Source of the DNA: Ranitomeya imitator
Taxonomy: Eukaryota
DNA length: 64,000 nt
Assembly: GCF_032444005.1 (NCBI RefSeq)
Contig: NC_091291.1
Location: 112,468,001-112,532,000 of the forward strand
Direction of reading: 5' to 3'
Under the pieces are notes generated by a model. The model had not been told where the DNA came from. It saw only the letters and a list, made by a program, of their open reading frames with translations, and made no database searches. Positions 1 to 10,727 of the stretch are shown here, in pieces. Numbering within the stretch: position 1 is the stretch's first letter; each line of letters opens with the position of its first letter. A program made the translations under genes and the position numbers.

Positions 1-185
1 AATAAAGTCCTTTATTAGAAATCAGACTAAACACAGTATTACTCGCCTAACACCTAATTCCACCGAAGCCCTGATCTCCTGTAAGAAAACAAAAAGAAAA
101 TATAACCATATTAGCCACGTTCTCAACGATCAGGAATAATAGTGTCTTTGACGCGGCGTTCTGATCACGCAGGTAAATCCGCAGG

Positions 186-665
186 TGCTCAGTGATCCTG
201 TGTGCTCAGTGATCCGGTGCGCTCAGTGATGCAGTGCGATCAGTGGTCCAGTGCGCTCAGTGAACTGCTGCGCTCAGTGATCTGCGCTCAGTGACCCGCT
301 GCACTCAGTGATCCAGTGCGCTCAGTGATCTGCGCTCAGTGATCCAGTGCGCTCAGTGATCTGCGCTCAGTGATCCGCTGCACTCAGTGATCCAGTGCAG
401 TGATCTGCTGCGCTCAGTGATCCAGTGCGCTCAGTGATCCGCTGCACTCAGTGATCCGATGCGCTCAATGATCCGCTGCGCTCAGTGATCCGATGCGCTC
501 AGTGATCCGCTGCGCTCAGTGATCCGATGCGCTCAGTGATCCGCTGCGCTCAGTGATCCGATGCGCTCAGTGATCCGATGCGCTCAGTGATCCGATGCGC
601 TCAGTGATCCGATGCGCTCAGTGATCAGATGCGCTCAGTGATCAGATGCGCTCAGTGATCCGATC
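186..665. repeat. Tandem repeat, ~17-20 bp unit (GTGATCCGATGCGCTCA)
   Basis: About 25 degenerate copies of gctcagtgatcc(g/a)..gc read directly. Confidence 0.9.
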
Positions 666-1040
666 CCCGCCATAAGGGACCCCCTATCCATCCATACACA
701 TGCCCCCACCATAACGGACCCCCTTATCTATCCGTACTCACCCCCCCCAGTAAGGGTCCCCCTATCTATCCGTACTCACCTCCCCCACCCCCCGCAGTAA
801 GGGACCCCCTATCTATCCATACACGGGCCCCCGTCATAAGGGACCCCCTATCCATCCATACACTGACCCCCGCCATAACGGACCCCCTTATCTATCCATA
901 CTCACCCCCCCACCCCAGTAAGGGACCCCCTATCTATCCGTACTCACCCTCCCCCCCCCCCAGTAAGGGACCCCCTATCCATCCATACACGGGCCCCCGC
1001 CATAACGGACCCCCCTATCTATCCGTGCTCACCCCCCCGC
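666..1040. repeat. Tandem repeat, ~45-60 bp C-rich unit (CCCCGCCATAAGGGACCCCCTATCCATCCATAC)
   Basis: About 7 copies with variable poly-C spacers. Confidence 0.85.
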
Positions 1041-1149
1041 GCGCCCTCTCCCCCCTCTCTGAGCCTCCCCGCACCCTCTCACCCCTAAAGGGTTAATACC
1101 GGTAGAAGTGTTGGCACCCCCCCTAAAGGGTTAATACCGGTAGCAGTGT

Positions 1150-1620
1150 CACTGTCCGCTGTCTGGCATGCCGCCAAAACGAGAAGGCGGGAGAAGGGGG
1201 TTGGGGCGTGTTTCGCTGAGAGAGAACCCGCCCAGGAGACCACCCGCCCACCACAAGGCATTGCTATTACAGCCTCGGGCGGCGCGCAGCTACTGCGCAT
1301 GCGGTAGGTGCGCGCGGCCGTGCAGCCTCGGGCGGCGCGCAGTAGCCTAACTACTGCGCAAGCGCCAGGTGCGCGCGGCCGTGCGTGCCGCGCGTGCATG
1401 TGGCGCATCCGCAATTATCATATAATACTGCCCACAATGCCTTGTTTGCTATTACAGCCTCGGGCGGCGCGCAGCTACTGCGCATGCGCCAGGTGCGCGC
1501 GGCCGAGCAGCCTCGGGCGGCGCGCAGTAGCCCTTGCAACTGCGCAAGCGCCAAGTGCGCGCGGCCGTGCGTGCATGTGGCGCATGCGCAATTATCATAA
1601 TACTGCCCACACTGCCTTGT
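1150..1620. other. CpG-rich segment with ~185-bp tandem duplication
   Basis: 1262-1444 is repeated at 1445-1620; dense CG/GC dinucleotides; GCGCATGCG motifs near 1294, 1479 and 1580. Confidence 0.7.
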
Positions 1621-2156
1621 GAAGCCACACGGGGAGAGGAGGAGAAGGCTGGAGGAGGGGAGGGGCACGTTCATGTTCCCACTCTCACCCGTGATTGATT
1701 CCCACCCGTGACCCGTCACCTCCGCACATATAGTGTACGCTCTGCTCTGTTATATCTCGTCTTCCCTCACACAGAGATCTTCATACTTCACACCTACACA
1801 AATCCACTGAGGCCAGACAGAGCAAGTATGGAAACCGCCGGCTATCAGAAGTCGCGCCATGTGGTTTTGAGGGTAGAAAAAAAAAACAGTTTTCATCTAT
1901 GTCTGAAAATTAGTCCAGTTTTCCAGGAGTGGGAGTGTGGGGCGAGCGCGCAGACGGAGCCTGGCCCGTACGCGAGTATTGAATTCGCAGGTTGAATGTG
2001 TTGTGGGCGTGTCAGGGGAGTGGCAGTCTCTGTGAGCTGCAGCGCTGATTGGTTCATCAGGGCATGGAAGGCGGTACAATATGGAAGGAGCAATTTCAGG
2101 AGCGTGCATTTATGCCTTTCGGCGCGCATTTGTAAGGAAGCGCGCATTCAGGATCG

Positions 2157-2570
2157 CAGATCCGTATTCTGCCTGTAGTAATCTGTTACCTTTATTCCCA
2201 GCGGATCCATATTCTGCTTGTAGTAATCTGTTGCCTTTATTCCCAGCGGATCCGTATTCTGCCTGTAGTAATCTGTTACCTTTATTCCCAGCGGATCCAT
2301 ATTCTGCCTGTAGTAATCTGTTACCTTTATTCCCAGCGGATCCGTATTCTGCCTGTAGTAATCTGTTACCTTTATTCCCAGCGGATCCATATTCTGCCTG
2401 TAGTAATCTGTTGCGTTTATTCCCAGCGGATCCGTATTCTGCCTGTAGTAATCTGTTACCTTTATTCCCAGCGGATCCATATTCTGCTTGTAGTAATCTG
2501 TTGCGTTTATTCCCAGGGGATCCGTATTCTGCCTGTAGTAATCTGTTGCCTTTATTCCCAGCGGATCCAT
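2157..2570 (-). repeat. 45-bp minisatellite, ~9 units (inverted copy of the array family at 17.3-34.7 kb)
   Basis: Unit cggatccgtattctgcctgtagtaatctgttgcctttattcccag; explains the 15-aa periodic ORFs. Confidence 0.95.
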
Positions 2571-3210
2571 AGTGCAGTGCACAGTAAATTACAGCAGTGC
2601 GCAGGTGCCTGGAAAAGTCAGAGAGGCCCTGCGCCTGCAGTACTTTGCTGTGCCCTCAACAGGGCAGATAAGTATGCCTGCGCAGGAGACGCGACACGAA
2701 GTAAGGAAGAGGACGTCATCGTATGAAGATGGGAGGCTCTGGACCGCGATGCCCATCGAACGGGACAGCCCCCCGCTCCCGGGTGAGTATAATCTTGTTT
2801 TTCTTCTATTTCAGGTTTGATCGGAGGCTTATCTACAGCATTACTGCTAGGTCTTCTGGGTTATTGCCGCAATGCATTACTGGCAACGCTAGCTGCCGGG
2901 AGCATTGGTAACGTTGCACGAAACGCTGGAAGGTAAGAATATTGCGATCTTTTTTTTTCATTATTTTCTTTTTTTTTCACCTGGGTTGTGTTGTGTATGC
3001 GTTTTCGCAGCGGAAAACTGCTGCGAAGACGCATACACAGCATGTACACATAGCTTCGACGGGTCTGTCAGGAAAACGGGCCCAGTGCACACGTTTTCCA
3101 CAATCTGCACAGGATCCGTCATTTCAACTTCTTGACGGATCCTGTGCAGATTTGGAAGACGGAAGTGTGAAAGAGGCCTTACAGGGCCAAAACGACGTGA
3201 CAGGTTCCCT
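2571..3210. mobile_element. Half of a T2/Kolobok-type MITE (inverted copy of 16679-17318)
   Basis: Ends cgacgtgacaggttccct followed by TTAA (3211-3214); reverse complement of the left half of the element at 16679. Confidence 0.75.
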
Positions 3211-3317
3211 TTAACCATCACTTAGCCAGAGTAGGTGCCCAGTTACACGCTGCGGTCAGGAGTGCTGGAATATTAGGGGCTGGTTGGTTCCTCATCCCCC
3301 GTCCCCCCTTTTTGCAG

Positions 3318-3986
3318 ACAGCTGGATTGCCTTCGGCAGCTGGTCATCATCCTGTGTGAACGTTCACAGCTCCATGAACTTGTGGAATTCCCTTACGTGA
3401 ATTTACAGTGAGGTGAGCGTCGCCCGGCCGGAGCCATCGTCTTCTTACCGAGCCAGCTGTATATCACTGCTGTGTCTCCCTCAGGTTGTGAGCATCATTG
3501 AAGCTCGGGCTCGAGCCGCGGATCTGCTGACCCATAATATGCTTTCCATATTCATCGGCACAACTATCCGAAAGGTATCGGGGGTTTTACTCTTCTGATC
3601 TTATCTCTAGTAAGAGATTGTATTACAAATTCTGGAGCCGCTAATTTTAGTACTGTACATTCCTCCTGGATGTTATGTGAAGCCCTCCATTTGTCTTTGC
3701 ACACAGAGGGGGGGGGGGCACACTGGGGGGTCAGGTAGTTATCCGTCGTATTTGAGATTGTCCCCTCTAGTGATCTCTCCATTCCTCTTTTGATTTCCGT
3801 CTCTGTTGAATGTCCTTGTCTCCTTCCTCAGCCGGCACCATGATGTTTGTGTACAGGATGCATCTCAGCAGAGAGGTCCGAACCCTTAAAGGTCTTCAGA
3901 AGCAAGTGAATGCGTACCTGGCGTGTCTGACCTGTCTGCAGCTTATACGGCCCGAATACTCCGGGATTGTGCAGTCGGGGGCAGTG
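3318..3986 (+). pseudogene. nup160: nup160 pseudogene fragment, 3 exons (3318-3412, 3485-3574, 3832-3986)
   Basis: Exons translate QLDCLRQLVIILCERSQLHELVEFPYVNL, VVSIIEARARAADLLTHN..YAFHIHRHNY.K and AGTMMFVYRMHLSREVRTLKGLQKQVNAYLACLTCLQLIRPEY. These match recalled vertebrate NUP160 (QLDCLRQLVVVLCERSQLQDLVEFPYVNLHNE/VVGIIESRARAVDLMTHNYYELLYAFHIYRHNYRK/AGTVMFEYGMRLGREVRTLRGLEKQGNCYLAALNCLRLIRPEY). AG acceptors and phases are consistent; there are frameshifting deletions. Confidence 0.9.
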
Positions 3987-4321
3987 GGAAAGAAATGTAT
4001 AGTTACAGGGGTTTTCCTGTCCAGGGGTGGATTCTCGTCTCAGGCGTTCACGGTAAAATCTGTCAGTCAGCACAAGTGTATGCCATTTATTATTATAGTG
4101 CCATTTTTTATTACAGCACCATTTATTGCAGTACGCTATAATACGCCATTTACCAAACTCTTCATTAAGAGTCACAGAACCGGCGCGGCACACCCATATC
4201 CGTAGCTTCAACCCTTAGAGTTATATCGGGGTCCAAGCCGTGAACGAACTCTGTCTATGCGCTGGTCGGAGCTGTGGAAATGGCTGAGCTGGTCGTGCAA
4301 TGCCATTTCTGTAGGTGGATG

Positions 4322-4760
4322 CAGGGCTGGCTCCAGGTTTTTGAGGGCCCCGGGCGAAAGAGTCTGTGGGCCCCCCCTTTAACACATACCCCGATTCATG
4401 ATCGCATATAAACACAGCCATGTAGTATATAGCAGCCCATGTAGCATATAGCAGCGCAGCCCACGTAGTATATAGCAGAGCAGCCCACGTAGTATATAGC
4501 AGAGCAGCCCACGTAGTATATAGCAGAGCAGCCCACGTAGTATATAGCAGCGCAGCCCACGTAGTATATAGCAGCGCAGCCCACGTAGTATATAGCAGCG
4601 CAGCCCACGTAGTATATAGCAGCGCAGCCCACGTAGTATATAGCAGCGCAGCCCACGTAGTATATAGCAGCCCACGTAGTCTATAGCAGCGCAGCCCACG
4701 TAGTATATAGCAGCCCACGTAGTCTATAGCAGCGCAGCCCACATAGTATATAGCAGCGCC
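4322..4760 (+). mobile_element. One end of a putative hAT-like non-autonomous element carrying a 24-bp minisatellite (4420-4757)
   Basis: Begins CAGGGCTGGCTCCAGG exactly where the inverted homology stops; unit cacgtagtatatagcagcgcagcc, ~14 copies; matching far end and TSD not found. Confidence 0.45.
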
Positions 4761-4829
4761 ACTCACTCAGGCACTGGTAGGACTAGGAGCTCCTCCAGAA
4801 TCTGCCTGATAAGTTCAGCAGGGCAGCCA

Positions 4830-5043
4830 GCCAGGGGCGGAGATCAGAGCAGAGAACGTGCTCTCTCCGCCCACAAACAATGTCACACTGGCTGCCTTCT
4901 CTTAACCCCTATGTGTGCCTGCCTGGCTGCACTCACTGAGTGAGAAGATGCTTGTGTCAGAGCTGGCACATAGGGGTTAAGAGAACGCAGCCAGCAGTGA
5001 CTTTGTGGGCGGAGAAAGCACGTTATCTCCTGCTCTGCTCTCC
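4830..5043. repeat. Imperfect inverted repeat (MITE-like hairpin) cut by the Gypsy insertion
   Basis: ccgcccacaaa..cactggctgc..tctcttaacccctatgtg mirrored by cacataggggttaagaga..gcagccag..tttgtgggcgg. Confidence 0.7.
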
Positions 5044-5788
5044 TGTTGTGAATTCTGTGGCTGAGTTCACTTCTGTGGTCACAAGTGGTATTGCAGTCTC
5101 TGGGCTTCCTCCCTCAGGTGTTTTGGTGAGCTCGTTGGCTGCCTTGCTATTTAGCTCCACCTGAGTCTGTCTTCCTTGCTCCTTGTCAATGTTCCAGTGT
5201 TGGATCTGAGCTACTGCATCTTTCCTTGGGCCTGCTGCTCTGCTAGATAAGTGCTTCTAGTTTGTTTTCTGTTTTTTCTGTCCAGCTTGCTATTAACTTT
5301 TGCTGGAAGCTCTGAGAAGCAAAGGGGTGCACCGCCGTGCTGTTAGTTCGGCACGGTGGGTCTTTTTGCCCCTTTGCGTGGTTTTCGTTTTAGGGTTTTT
5401 TGTAGACTGCATAGTTCTCTTTGCTATCCTCGCTCTGTCTAGAATATCGGGCCTCACTTTGCTGAATCTATTTCATTCCTACGTTTGTCTTTTCATCTTG
5501 CTAACAGTCATATGTGGGGGGCTGCCTATTCCTTTGGGGTATTTCTCTGAGGTAAGTCAGGCTTGTATTTCTATCTTCAGGCTAGTCAGCTCCTCAGGCA
5601 GTGCCGAGTTGCATAGGTAGTGATAGGCGCAATCCACTGCTGCTTATAGTTGTGTGAGGATAGATCAGGTACTGCAGTCTACAGAGATTCCACGTCTCAG
5701 AGCTCGTCCTATTGTTTTTGGTTATTGCCAGATCTCTGTATGTGCGCTGATTACTGCACGCTGTGTTGCCTGATTGCCAGCCATAACA
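5044..5788 (+). repeat. 5' LTR of the Gypsy element
   Basis: TGTTGTGAATT...CATAACA, direct repeat of 9980-10727. Confidence 0.95.
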
Positions 5789-5920
5789 GTACAAGGAGCC
5801 AACCAATGATTCCGAATAGAGGGAAAAAAGAAATCCTGACATCATTTTTTTTTCTTAGCTCTGTCTTCAGTCTTTTTTTTTCCCCTAGACATTGGAGTGC
5901 TTCAGGACACAGCTGTGGAC

Positions 5921-6465
5921 ATGGATATTCAGGCTCTGTGCTCCTCAATGGATAATCTCGTTGTAAATGTACAAAAGATTCAAGATACTATTGATCAGAA
6001 ATCGATGCTAGAACCAAGAATTCCGATTCCTGATTTGTTTTTTGGTGACAGAACTAAGTTCCTGAGCTTCAGAAATAATTGTAAGCTATTTTTGGCCTTG
6101 AAACCTCATTCTTCTGGTAATCCTATTCAACAGGTTTTGATTATTATTTCTTTTTTGCGCGGCGACCCACAGGACTGGGCGTTTTCTCTTGCACCAGGAG
6201 ATTCTGCATTGAGTAATGTTGATGCATTTTTCCAGGCGCTGGGATTGCTTTACGATGAGCCTAATTCAGTGGATCAGGCTGAGAAAAATCTGCTGGCTTT
6301 ATGCCAGGGTCAGGATGATGTAGAAGTATATTGTCAGAAATTTAGGAAGTGGTCAGTACTCACTCTGTGGAATGAATCTGCACTAGCGGCTTTGTTCAGA
6401 AAGGGTCTCTCTGAAGCTCTTAAGGATGTAATGGTGGGATTTCCTATGCCTGCTGGTTTGAATGA
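5921..6465 (+). CDS. gag: Gag N-terminal/capsid part of the Gypsy element, separated from the rest by an apparent 2-nt deletion near 6468
   Basis: EPRIPIPDLFFGDRTKFLSFRNNCKLF..LRGDPQDWA..LCQGQDDVEVYCQKF is a retrotransposon gag signature; GAG T ATG TCC suggests loss of CT from E-S-M-S. Confidence 0.85.
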
Positions 6466-9400
6466 GTATGTCCTTGGCCATTCAGATCGGTCGTCGCTTG
6501 CGCGAGCGTAAATCTGTGCACCATCTGGCGGTATTGTCTGAGAGTAAACCTGAGCCTATGCAGTGCGACAGGACTATGACTAAAGTAGAACGGCAAGAAC
6601 ACAGACGTCTGAACAGACTGTGTTTCTATTGTGGTGATTCTACTCATGCTATTTCTAATTGTCCTAAACGCACTAGGCGGTTCGATAGCTCTGCCGTTAT
6701 TGGTACTGTACAGTCCAAATTCCTTTTGTCCATTACCTTAATGTGCTCTTTGTCATCGTATTCTGTCATGGCGTTTGTGGATTCAGGCGCTGCCCTGAAT
6801 CTGATGGATTTGGATTATGCTAAACGTTGTGGATTTTTCTTGGAGCCTTTGCGGTGTCCTATTCCATTGAGAGGAATTGATGCTACACCTTTGGCCAAGA
6901 ATAAGCCTCAGTACTGGGCCCAGCTGACCATGTGCATGGCTCCTGCACATCAGGAAGTTATTCGCTTTCTGGTACTGCATAATTTGCATGATGTGGTCGT
7001 GTTGGGGTTGCCATGGCTACAAACCCATAATCCAGTATTGGATTGGAACTCTATGTCGGTAACAAGCTGGGGTTGTCAGGGAGTACATGGTGATGTTCCA
7101 TTTTTGTCTATTTCGTCATCCATTCCTTCTGACATCCCAGAGTTCTTGTCGGACTTTCAGGATGTATTTGAAGAGTCCAAGTCTGATGCCCTACCTCCGC
7201 ATAGGAATTGTGATTGTGCTATCGATTTGATTCCTGGTAGTAAATTCCCTAAGGGTCGTTTATTTAATTTGTCCGTACCTGAACACACCGCTATGCGCAG
7301 TTATGTGAAGGAGTCCCTGGAGAAGGGACATATTCGCCCATCGTCGTCACCATTGGGAGCAGGGTTCTTTTTTGTAGCCAAGAAGGATGGTTCGCTAAGA
7401 CCGTGTATTGATTACCGCCTTCTTAATAAGATCACTGTTAAGTTTCAGTATCCCTTGCCATTGATTTCTGACTTGTTTGCTCGGATTAAGGGGGCTAGTT
7501 GGTTTACTAAGATTGATCTTCGTGGTGCGTATAATCTGGTGAGAATCAGGCAGGGAGATGAATGGAAAACGGCATTTAATACGCCCGAGGGTCATTTTGA
7601 GTATCTGGTGATGCCGTTCGGACTTGCCAATGCTCCATCTGTTTTTCAGTCTTTTATGCATGACATTTTCCGTGAGTATCTGGATAAATTCTTGATTGTT
7701 TACTTGGATGACATTTTGATCTTCTCAGATGATTGGGAGTCTCATGTGAAGCAAGTCAGAATGGTTTTCCAGGTACTGCGTGCTAATTCCTTGTTCGTGA
7801 AGGGATCAAAGTGTCTCTTCGGTGTGCAGAAAGTTTCATTTTTGGGGTTCATCTTTTCCCCTTCTACTATCGAGATGGATCCGGTTAAGGTTCAGGCCAT
7901 CCAGGATTGGACTCAGCCGACATCTCTAAAAAGTCTGCAGAAATTCCTGGGCTTTGCTAATTTTTATCGTCGCTTCATCTGTAATTTTTCTAGCATTGCC
8001 AGACCATTGACCGATTTGACCAAGAAGGGTGCTGATTTGGTTAATTGGTCTTCTGCTGCCGTGGAAGCTTTTCAGGAGTTGAAGTGTCGTTTTTGCTGTG
8101 CCCCTGTGTTGTGTCAACCTGATGTTTCTCTTCCGTTCCAGGTCGAGGTTGATGCTTCTGAGATTGGTGCAGGGGCGGTTTTGTCACAGAGAGGTTCTGG
8201 TTGCTCAGTGTTCAAACCATGTGCCTTCTTTTCCAGGAAATTTTCTGCTGCTGAGCGTAATTATGATGTGGGCAACCGAGAGTTGCTGGCCATGAAGTGG
8301 GCATTCGAGGAGTGGCGTCATTGGCTTGAGGGTGCTAAGCATCGCGTGGTGGTTTTGACTGATCATAAGAACCTTACTTATCTTGAGTCTGCCAAGCGCT
8401 TGAATCCTAGACAGGCCCGTTGGTCGTTATTTTTTGCTCGTTTTGATTTTGTGATTTCATACCTTCCGGGCTCTAAAAATGTGAAGGCGGATGCTCTGTC
8501 TAGGAGTTTTGTGCCCAACTCTCCGGGGTTATCTGAGCCGGCGAGTATCCTCAAGGAAGGAGTCATTGTGTCTGCCATCTCCCCTGATTTGCGGAGAGTG
8601 TTGCAGAAATTTCAGGCTAATAAACCTGATCGTTGTCCGGCCGAGAAACTGTTCGTCCCTGATAGGTGGACTAGTAAAGTTATCTCTGAACTTCTTTGTT
8701 CGGTGCTGGCCGGTCATCCAGGAATCTTTGGTACCAGGGAGTTGGTTGCTAGATCTTTCTGGTGGCCATCTCTGTCGCGGGATGTGCGTGCTTTTGTGCA
8801 GTCCTGTGGAATTTGTGCTAGGGCTAAGCCCTGCTGTTCACGTGCCAGTGGGTTGCTTTTGCCCTTGCCGGTCCCGAAGAGGCCTTGGACACATATTTCG
8901 ATGGATTTCATTTCTGACCTTCCCGTTTCTCAAAAAATGTCGGTCATTTGGGTGGTCTGTGATCGCTTTTCTAAAATGGTCCATCTGGTGCCCTTGGTTA
9001 AATTGCCTTCCTCCTCTGATTTGGTGCCTTTGTTCTTCCAGCATGTGGTTCGTTTACATGGCATTCCTGAGAATATTGTTTCTGACAGAGGTTCCCAGTT
9101 TGTCTCGAGGTTCTGGCGAGCCTTTTGTGGTAGGATGGGCATTGACCTATCTTTCTCCTCGGCCTTCCATCCTCAGACTAATGGCCAGACCGAACGAACC
9201 AATCAGACCTTGGAAACATATCTGAGATGTTTTGTTTCCGCTGACCAGGATGATTGGGTGTCATTTTTGCCGTTGGCTGAGTTCGCCCTTAATAATCGGG
9301 CCAGCTCGGCTACCTTGGTCTCTCCATTTTTCTGCAATTCTGGGTTCCATCCTCGTTTCTCTTCAGGACAGGTTGAGTCTTCGGACTGTCCTGGTGTGGA

Positions 9401-10100
9401 TTCTGTGGTGGACAGGTTGCAGCAGATCTGGACTCAGGTAGTGGACAATTTGACCTTGTCCCAGGAGAAGGCTCAGCTTTTCGCTAATCGCAGACGCCGT
9501 GTGGGACCCCGACTTCGTGTTGGGGATCTGGTTTGGTTATCTTCTCGTCATATTCCTATGAAGGTTTCCTCTCCTAAATTTAAACCTCGTTTTATTGGTC
9601 CGTATAGGATTTCTGAGATTCTCAATCCGGTGTCTTTTCGTCTGACCCTCCCAGACTCCTTTTCCATACATAATGTATTCCATAGGTCGTTGTTGAGGAG
9701 ATACGTGGCACCTATGGTTCCATCTGTGGAGCCTCCTGCCCCTGTTTTGGTGGAGGGGGAATTGGAGTATATTGTGGAGAAGATTTTGGATTCTCGTGTC
9801 TCTAGACGGAAACTCCAGTATCTGGTCAAATGGAAGGGTTATGCTCAGGAAGATAATTCCTGGGTTTTTGCCTCTGATGTCCATGCCCCAGATCTTGTTC
9901 GTGCCTTTCATGTGGCTCATCCTGGTCGGCCTGGGGGTTCTGGTGAGGGTTCGGTGACCCCTCCTCAAGGGGGGGGTACTGTTGTGAATTCTGTGGCTGA
10001 GTTCACTTCTGTGGTCACAAGTGGTATTGCAGTCTCTGGGCTTCCTCCCTCAGGTGTTTTGGTGAGCTCGTTGGCTGCCTTGCTATTTAGCTCCACCTGA
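6462..10100 (+). CDS. pol: Gag C-terminus + Pol polyprotein (zinc knuckle, protease, RT, RNase H, integrase, chromodomain)
   Basis: 1212-aa ORF: CFYCGDSTHAISNC, FVDSGA, YLDD, VEVDASEIG, GHPG..C..C, MDFISDLP, SDRGSQF, FHPQTNGQTE, GPY, EYIVEKILDSR..YLVKWKGY. Confidence 0.97.
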   Translation: MSMSLAIQIGRRLRERKSVHHLAVLSESKPEPMQCDRTMTKVERQEHRRLNRLCFYCGDSTHAISNCPKRTRRFDSSAVIGTVQSKFLLSITLMCSLSSYSVMAFVDSGAALNLMDLDYAKRCGFFLEPLRCPIPLRGIDATPLAKNKPQYWAQLTMCMAPAHQEVIRFLVLHNLHDVVVLGLPWLQTHNPVLDWNSMSVTSWGCQGVHGDVPFLSISSSIPSDIPEFLSDFQDVFEESKSDALPPHRNCDCAIDLIPGSKFPKGRLFNLSVPEHTAMRSYVKESLEKGHIRPSSSPLGAGFFFVAKKDGSLRPCIDYRLLNKITVKFQYPLPLISDLFARIKGASWFTKIDLRGAYNLVRIRQGDEWKTAFNTPEGHFEYLVMPFGLANAPSVFQSFMHDIFREYLDKFLIVYLDDILIFSDDWESHVKQVRMVFQVLRANSLFVKGSKCLFGVQKVSFLGFIFSPSTIEMDPVKVQAIQDWTQPTSLKSLQKFLGFANFYRRFICNFSSIARPLTDLTKKGADLVNWSSAAVEAFQELKCRFCCAPVLCQPDVSLPFQVEVDASEIGAGAVLSQRGSGCSVFKPCAFFSRKFSAAERNYDVGNRELLAMKWAFEEWRHWLEGAKHRVVVLTDHKNLTYLESAKRLNPRQARWSLFFARFDFVISYLPGSKNVKADALSRSFVPNSPGLSEPASILKEGVIVSAISPDLRRVLQKFQANKPDRCPAEKLFVPDRWTSKVISELLCSVLAGHPGIFGTRELVARSFWWPSLSRDVRAFVQSCGICARAKPCCSRASGLLLPLPVPKRPWTHISMDFISDLPVSQKMSVIWVVCDRFSKMVHLVPLVKLPSSSDLVPLFFQHVVRLHGIPENIVSDRGSQFVSRFWRAFCGRMGIDLSFSSAFHPQTNGQTERTNQTLETYLRCFVSADQDDWVSFLPLAEFALNNRASSATLVSPFFCNSGFHPRFSSGQVESSDCPGVDSVVDRLQQIWTQVVDNLTLSQEKAQLFANRRRRVGPRLRVGDLVWLSSRHIPMKVSSPKFKPRFIGPYRISEILNPVSFRLTLPDSFSIHNVFHRSLLRRYVAPMVPSVEPPAPVLVEGELEYIVEKILDSRVSRRKLQYLVKWKGYAQEDNSWVFASDVHAPDLVRAFHVAHPGRPGGSGEGSVTPPQGGGTVVNSVAEFTSVVTSGIAVSGLPPSGVLVSSLAALLFSST

Positions 10101-10727
10101 GTCTGTCTTCCTTGCTCCTTGTCAATGTTCCAGTGTTGGATCTGAGCTACTGCATCTTTCCTTGGGCCTGCTGCTCTGCTAGATAAGTGCTTCTAGTTTG
10201 TTTTCTGTTTTTTCTGTCCAGCTTGCTATTAACTTTTGCTGGAAGCTCTGAGAAGCAAAGGGGTGCACCGCCGTGCTGTTAGTTCGGCACGGTGGGTCTT
10301 TTTGCCCCTTTGCGTGGTTTTCGTTTTAGGGTTTTTTGTAGACTGCATAGTTCTCTTTGCTATCCTCGCTCTGTCTAGAATATCGGGCCTCACTTTGCTG
10401 AATCTATTTCATTCCTACGTTTGTCTTTTCATCTTGCTAACAGTCATTATATGTGGGGGGCTGCCTATTCCTTTGGGGTATTTCTCTGAGGTAAGTCAGG
10501 CTTGTATTTCTATCTTCAGGCTAGTCAGCTCCTCAGGCAGTGCCGAGTTGCATAGGTAGTGATAGGCGCAATCCACTGCTGCTTATACTTGTGTGAGGAT
10601 AGATCAGGTACTGCAGTCTACAGAGATTCCACGTCTCAGAGCTCGTCCTATTGTTTTTGGTTATTGCCAGATCTCTGTATGTGCGCTGATTACTGCACGC
10701 TGTGTTGCCTGATTGCCAGCCATAACA
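9980..10727 (+). repeat. 3' LTR of the Gypsy element
   Basis: Preceded by PPT plus AC; near-identical to the 5' LTR. Confidence 0.95.

Larger units (their letters stand above)
5044..10727 (+). mobile_element. Ty3/Gypsy chromovirus (Tf1/sushi-type) LTR retrotransposon, near full length
   Basis: LTRs 5044-5788 and 9980-10727 (TG..CA; I saw one 3-bp indel and one substitution between them); PPT aaggggggggt at 9967-9977; gag-pol with chromodomain; no TSD found. Confidence 0.97.

Noticed and set aside
2157-2570. CRISPR-like appearance of the regular arrays
   Set aside because: Units are contiguous with no unique spacers, there are no cas genes, and the context is eukaryotic
4250-4321. GAVEMAELVVQ resembling NUP160 SAEEMVTLLVQ
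   Set aside because: Too short and no fitting acceptor or phase
4221-4766. YTTWAALL-type ORFs (also 38333-38946 and 52997-53632)
   Set aside because: Products of 20-24 bp minisatellites
5300-5620. Hydrophobic 106/107-aa ORF repeated at 10236-10559
   Set aside because: Lies inside the LTRs, non-ATG start, no recognisable motif; duplicated only because the LTR is
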